A stretch of 63,952 nucleotides of DNA, counting the filler, from an uncultured bacterium (GTDB lineage: Bacteria > CAZSTA01), in the NCBI GenBank assembly GCA_964609495.1. It is 4 parts of 4 records of this genome, joined end to end, with 100 filler letters (N's around TTAATTAATTAA, not from the genome) between each part and the next. Parts side by side here need not be neighbours in the genome. Positions count along the whole stretch, not along the records: positions 59,304 to 63,952 come from CAZSTA010000246.1; 3 more parts are not named here. One strand, written 5' to 3'. The notes below the pieces were generated by a model, which was not told where the DNA came from, did not search any database, and worked only from the letters and a program-made list of their open reading frames with translations. Shown in pieces: positions 59,634 to 63,952 of the stretch; position 1 is the first letter of the stretch, and every line of letters begins with the position of its first letter. A program made the position numbers and the translations under genes.

Positions 59634-59662
59634 TTGACAATGATCTCACTTTAGTATAAAAT
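59634..59662 (+). promoter_or_regulatory. Sigma70 promoter
   Basis: TTGACA-17-TAAAAT. Confidence 0.75.
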
Positions 59663-59760
59663 AAGAGAAAAAATATTGGCTATCTATAACTTTTCATCTT
59701 GATCCTTCGTCAAGTTACTAAAAACCTAGAGATTATTTAATTTCCAAGAGGATTGATTAT

Positions 59761-61188
59761 ATGAGAAATAGATGGAATGAAATCTATCAGCAGGAACTTC
59801 CTCAAGCCCTTGCGGCTATAGATGAGGTTAAGGGAGTTGTGTTGGGATTCCACTCTACAATTGATGGCTTCAAGCGGGTTAAGGCGGAGGAGGTAGAGAG
59901 GATATTAAGAGGAAATCCCACCTTAGCCAGGAAAGTCGAGGGAAAGCTCGATGAGTTTCCGTTAGAGATCAATACTCCAGCGGATATTATGAGGGGCTTG
60001 CTTTACTCATTGAAGAGAGGGAAGGCTTTCCAACTTATGATCCGCCGGGAGGAGACCTTCCGCTGGACTATGGATAACTTTGGGTATGACCAGTTGCGAA
60101 TGGGGGGAACCTCGGGGAATATGACTAATTCCCTTACTCCTCTGGGGTTTCCGTTGATAGTCGCTTATGCTAATCCATTAACCCTTCAACAAGCAGAGCT
60201 ATTCGTTGAGAGCAATAGGCTGTTTATGATCTGCGAGGAGGAGGATAAATTCGTCCTAAAGCCTCCCCGCGAGGCTTATCAGGGTGAGGGAATCCATGCG
60301 ATCCATTGGATATTCGAGTACCCGGCGGGTCTCAAGATCAGTTGGGATGATAAGAGTTTGGAAACCCCGCGGGCTAATAGATTCATCGCCGCTTGGAATC
60401 CGATAAATAACAAGTTGAAGATAACTGATACCTTTCAGCGCGGTCTGCTGAGTATGATAGATAAATTCAGCTATATGCTTGTTGCTGGATATCATCTTCT
60501 CTCCGAGAAATATCCTGATGGGACAACCTATCTCGATTATCTTCTTCCCACAGTTGATTACCTCAAAAAGCTTAAGGGAGCTAATCCCGATCTTAAGATG
60601 CACTTCGAGTTCGCCTCCATCGCCAGCCCGAGGATTCGTTCGGCGGTTATCGAGTATGTTTTATCTGTGGTTGATAGCTCAGGACTGAACGAGGTTGAGA
60701 TCGTCTCCGCTCTAAGAGATATCGGAGAGGATGAGATCGCTACGGAGGTGGAGAAAGAGGAGAACTCGGCTTCCTATCTTGAGGGTATGGAAGCTCTCCT
60801 CTCCTGCACCAACCTCAAGCGTCTCCAATTACACAATTTGGGATATTATATAACTCTCATCAGAAAGGATTTCTCTTCGCCAGAGAGAACTAGGAGAGGG
60901 ATGATCTTAGCCGCCTCTTTGGCTGCCAGTCGCACCTTGACCGGCGTTATCGGGGGGCGGGATGAGATCAAGAAGGGATTATCCGTTCCCTTCTCCGAAG
61001 TAGGTCTGGCTCAGATGAGGAAGTTGAAGGAAGCATTATCTCTGGAAGATGAGTTTTATAATACCGGTATCGCGGAATATAAGGATTATAATTTGATATA
61101 TATTCCCACCAAAGTTGTCGAAAAGCCGCTCTTCACGGTAGGGCTAGGAGATACGATCTCCTCTTCAGCTTTTATCCTAGGGAGCTAG
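59761..61188 (+). CDS. ADP-dependent glucokinase/phosphofructokinase family protein
   Basis: LRMGG..GNM, IHWIFEYP, PRANRFIA, HFEFAS, GLNEVE (NXXE) and TVGLGDTISS (GXGD) motifs. Confidence 0.9.
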   Translation: MRNRWNEIYQQELPQALAAIDEVKGVVLGFHSTIDGFKRVKAEEVERILRGNPTLARKVEGKLDEFPLEINTPADIMRGLLYSLKRGKAFQLMIRREETFRWTMDNFGYDQLRMGGTSGNMTNSLTPLGFPLIVAYANPLTLQQAELFVESNRLFMICEEEDKFVLKPPREAYQGEGIHAIHWIFEYPAGLKISWDDKSLETPRANRFIAAWNPINNKLKITDTFQRGLLSMIDKFSYMLVAGYHLLSEKYPDGTTYLDYLLPTVDYLKKLKGANPDLKMHFEFASIASPRIRSAVIEYVLSVVDSSGLNEVEIVSALRDIGEDEIATEVEKEENSASYLEGMEALLSCTNLKRLQLHNLGYYITLIRKDFSSPERTRRGMILAASLAASRTLTGVIGGRDEIKKGLSVPFSEVGLAQMRKLKEALSLEDEFYNTGIAEYKDYNLIYIPTKVVEKPLFTVGLGDTISSSAFILGS

Positions 61189-61192
61189 ATCG

Positions 61193-61876
61193 ATGTCGAA
61201 GGAGTTCCAGCGAGGATTAAGAGGAGCGCTCCCCATTGTTTTAGGATATGTGCCGATAGGTTTTGCCTTCGGAGTGATAGCTAGGCAGATGGGGCTTACT
61301 CCTTGGGAAACTCTTTCTATGTCCCTCTTCGTCTATGCGGGGGCGAGCCAATTTGTAGCTGTGAGCCTCTGGAATATGGAGACCGCGCTATTGACAATAG
61401 TTATAACGACCTTTCTCATAAATCTGCGACATCTCCTAATGAGCGCCTCCCTAGCTCCTTATCTGCAAGGGATCGGGTTGGCGAAGTCGGGTTTTCTCTC
61501 CTTTGGCATAACTGATGAGTCCTATGCTGTCGCTATATCCGATTTCTCCGCTAGGGGAGGAAGCTGGAGATTTATGACCGGAACTAATATCTTACCCTAC
61601 TTCGCCTGGGCGACAAGCACTTTTTTGGGATCGGTCGCGGGGAGTGCTATAAGCGATCCTAATAGGTGGGGATTGCCCTTCGCATTACCAGCGATGTTTA
61701 TTTGCCTTCTAATCCTTCAGCTTCGGGATAGGAGAACTATATTAGTTGCAGTAGCCTCAGGAGTATTATCGCTAATTTTCCTTCTCAAACTACCTGGCAA
61801 TTGGAATGTGCTTCTGGCAACGGTAGTAGCTGCAACCTTGGGGGTGATATTGGAGGAGTGGAAGCAAAGTTCTTAG
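61193..61876 (+). CDS. azlC: AzlC family branched-chain amino acid exporter
   Basis: GYVPIGFAFG, YAGASQF, INLRHLLM, ITDESYA, FALPAMF. Confidence 0.92.
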   Translation: MSKEFQRGLRGALPIVLGYVPIGFAFGVIARQMGLTPWETLSMSLFVYAGASQFVAVSLWNMETALLTIVITTFLINLRHLLMSASLAPYLQGIGLAKSGFLSFGITDESYAVAISDFSARGGSWRFMTGTNILPYFAWATSTFLGSVAGSAISDPNRWGLPFALPAMFICLLILQLRDRRTILVAVASGVLSLIFLLKLPGNWNVLLATVVAATLGVILEEWKQSS

Positions 61877-62181
61877 TTCTCATAATAGGGATGATGATCG
61901 TTACCTATCTTCCTCGTCTTTTACCTCTAGCGATATTGACGAAGTTGGACATCCCTCCTCTTTTAATCAGGTGGTTGAGCTATATTCCTCCCGCGGTATT
62001 AGCCGCGCTTATAACCCCCTCGATCTTAGCTGAAGGGAGGAGTTTAAATCTGGGTTTCGACAATAAATTTTTGCTCGCCTCCCTTCCCACCTTCCTAATA
62101 GCGATTAAGACGAGGAGCTTGGTCTTAACTGTAGTGGTGGGAATGGCGATAGTAATGGTATTAAATATAATTATTGGCTGA
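61858..62181 (+). CDS. azlD: AzlD family protein
   Basis: GMMIVTYLPRLLP, YIPPAVLAAL; probable GTG start overlapping azlC. Confidence 0.88.
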   Translation: MEAKFLVLIIGMMIVTYLPRLLPLAILTKLDIPPLLIRWLSYIPPAVLAALITPSILAEGRSLNLGFDNKFLLASLPTFLIAIKTRSLVLTVVVGMAIVMVLNIIIG

Positions 62182-62211
62182 GATATCTTCAAAAGGAAGG
62201 GTGATAGTATC

Positions 62212-62583
62212 GTGGCACAGACTAGGACTGGATTGCTAATTTCTATGTTAAAGTCGCTTCAAGCGAGAACGCCTGATATCGAGGCGGCAGCCGTAGTTAG
62301 CATAGATGGATTGATAATGGCTTCAGCGCTTCCTGCGGATGTAGAGGAGGAAAGAGTAGCGGCAATGTCAGCGGCTATGCTCAGTCTAGGAGAGAGAACC
62401 GCTCAGGAATTGGGGAGAGGTGAGCTTGAGCAGGTATTCGTTAAGGGAGAAGATGGTTATGTCCTACTGATGGGCGCTGGAGAGGAAGCAGTCCTCACCG
62501 CTTTGGCTAGAAAGGATGCCAAATTAGGATTAATATTTTTGGATATGAGGAGAACTGCTGAAGAATTAGGAAAGGTGTTATAG
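62212..62583 (+). CDS. Roadblock/LC7 (MglB-like) protein
   Basis: AAAVVSIDGLIMAS, EERVAAMSAAMLSLGER, AKLGLIFLD. Confidence 0.92.
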   Translation: MAQTRTGLLISMLKSLQARTPDIEAAAVVSIDGLIMASALPADVEEERVAAMSAAMLSLGERTAQELGRGELEQVFVKGEDGYVLLMGAGEEAVLTALARKDAKLGLIFLDMRRTAEELGKVL

Positions 62584-62594
62584 GATTGGGATAA

Positions 62595-62942
62595 ATGGAG
62601 GATACACTAAAACAGAGAGCCAGAAAAGCCAAACTTGCCTACTATCGCCGCCATCCAGAACAAAATTTCCCCGAGGTGTTTTATAAGGTAGTTCGGCATA
62701 TAGGGGAAAGGTATCTGACCGCCGAAAGCGATAATGAGGAGATCATTCAACAAATAGATATGGCTTGTCAGAAGTATAAACCGACAAGCCATGCTCAGAT
62801 GTATAAATTATTATTGAAATTAATTCAGATTACGAAAGATGAGAGGTTGATCCGTTTAAGAGCTGAATGGCGGGATAATGAGAAAAAGATCACGGAATAT
62901 TTCGTAAGGGCTATAGAGATATCACGGATAAAGCGAGGATAA
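62595..62942 (+). CDS. Hypothetical helical protein
   Basis: 115-aa ORF tightly spaced behind the roadblock gene; no recognisable motif. Confidence 0.6.
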   Translation: MEDTLKQRARKAKLAYYRRHPEQNFPEVFYKVVRHIGERYLTAESDNEEIIQQIDMACQKYKPTSHAQMYKLLLKLIQITKDERLIRLRAEWRDNEKKITEYFVRAIEISRIKRG

Positions 62943-62948
62943 AGAAAA

Positions 62949-63623
62949 TTAATCGTATTCTGCCTCTTGCTCTGCACTCAGGCGTTCCCAATTGAGTTTA
63001 GCTATCTCGTATTCCGGATCCAGGTTGAGAGAGGCCTTGTATTCGATGATCGCGTCGTCCTTAAATCCCTTTCTCTCGTAAGCTACCCCTCTGCTATTGT
63101 AAGCATAGACCGCAACTTGACCGTATGGCTCTAGTTCTATAGCCTGGCTTAGAGCCTCGATCGCCTCATCGAAATACCCAAGGCGAAGATGGGTATATCC
63201 GAGATTATTAAACCCCCAGGCGAATTCTGGTAAAATCTCCGTCACCCTCCGGTAACACTTTAGCGCATTTTCGATATCGCCTGAGAGATCGTATGATAAC
63301 CCTTGGAGATTGCATACATATCCCAGATAAGGTTCCGGAACGAAATTTACGGCCTCATCTGCTATCTGCACAGCCTCCTTATAGCGAGCTCCCTTATAGA
63401 ACTTATACACTAATTTATAGTATGATTTCCAAAGTCCTAAAATAGCTTGCTGGTCGTCAGGATGTTCTACTAGATATTCCCTGAATTTAACTATGGCTTC
63501 TTCATAGCCACCGCTTCTGAAGAGTGCCAGTCCTTCTTTATAACTATCATCAGCAAGGGATATCAGAGGGAAAATCAACATAGCTAGGATTATGAAGAGG
63601 GTTAGGGGTAGCTTATAGCCCAA
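62949..63623 (-). CDS. Secreted tetratricopeptide repeat protein
   Basis: Signal peptide; TPR motifs (NNLGYTH..LG.FDEA, YNSRGVAY..KG); GAGGTG SD. Confidence 0.85.
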   Translation of the reverse strand: MGYKLPLTLFIILAMLIFPLISLADDSYKEGLALFRSGGYEEAIVKFREYLVEHPDDQQAILGLWKSYYKLVYKFYKGARYKEAVQIADEAVNFVPEPYLGYVCNLQGLSYDLSGDIENALKCYRRVTEILPEFAWGFNNLGYTHLRLGYFDEAIEALSQAIELEPYGQVAVYAYNSRGVAYERKGFKDDAIIEYKASLNLDPEYEIAKLNWERLSAEQEAEYD

Positions 63624-63682
63624 GCAGCATCACCTCTTACATCGTAATAGATGGATATCTACCAATATAATTCTCAATTTTA

Positions 63683-63763
63683 ATTATATTATACTGTAAT
63701 CATTATGTCAAGTTTTTTTTGTGACTTAATGCGCTTGACAAACTTCAACTTCTAGTATATAAT
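63683..63763. promoter_or_regulatory. Divergent perfect-consensus sigma70 promoters
   Basis: Minus strand TTGACA-17-TATAAT (63711-63683); plus strand TTGACA(63735)-17-TATAAT(63758). Confidence 0.85.
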
Positions 63764-63876
63764 ACTTATTAAAATTAGTATTGGAAAGAAACGGAAGCCA
63801 AGGGACGAGTCTGTTTTAGCTGAGTACGTTATTATTAAGGCGCTAGAGAACAGGGTAACTGTTATAAAATCGTGCC

Positions 63877-63911
63877 AAGAAGACCCCGAAGCTTGCCTCG
63901 GGGAGCGTCAC
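63877..63911 (+). mobile_element. IS200/IS605-type terminal palindrome within a long transcribed leader
   Basis: AGAAGACCCCGAAGCTTGCCTCGGGGAGCGTCAC: hairpin followed by TCAC. Confidence 0.45.
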
Positions 63912-63952
63912 TGGCTGAGTTCAAAGTAGCCTATTAACAAGGTTTAAGGAGC

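Noticed and set aside
63770-63830. c-di-GMP-I or SAM-I riboswitch
   Set aside because: Only fragmentary resemblance (GAAAG..AAGCCA.GGG; GTGCCAA); the core stems and conserved junctions are absent.

Overview
This 64-kb window is not one contiguous locus. It contains four pieces of a draft or metagenome-assembled bacterial genome joined by artificial 100-nt N-TTAATTAATTAA-N linkers (19946-20045, 39584-39683, 59204-59303), plus one plain 100-N scaffold gap (34988-35087). The organism looks like an anaerobic, sugar-fermenting diderm with near-consensus sigma70 promoters. It encodes LptD and two LptF/G permeases, a 2-oxoacid:ferredoxin oxidoreductase, a BMC shell protein, FGGY kinases, a Thermotoga-type iolM/iolN/iolO inositol pathway and an archaeal-type ADP-dependent sugar kinase. 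I found no rRNA, tRNA, CRISPR array or intact transposase. The most interesting signals are: (1) a dispersed family of double-hairpin palindromic repeats, including a three-copy ~147-bp tandem array enclosed by perfect 19-bp terminal inverted repeats (35880-36432); (2) a rid-family gene followed by a degenerate attC-like hairpin, inside a duplicated region that brackets a foreign two-gene sugar-acid module; (3) an FHA-FHA-GAF histidine kinase co-transcribed with a REC-GAF-GAF-GGDEF cyclase; (4) a BMC shell gene where the ferredoxin subunit usually sits in the VOR-type operon; (5) a TPR-LysM-L,D-transpeptidase lipoprotein directly behind lptD; (6) two genes that appear to start at CTG; and (7) several IS scars (an ISLre2/ISKra4-like miniature with a target-site duplication, and IS200/IS605-type ends). 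All product calls come from motif recognition by eye; no database searches were run.
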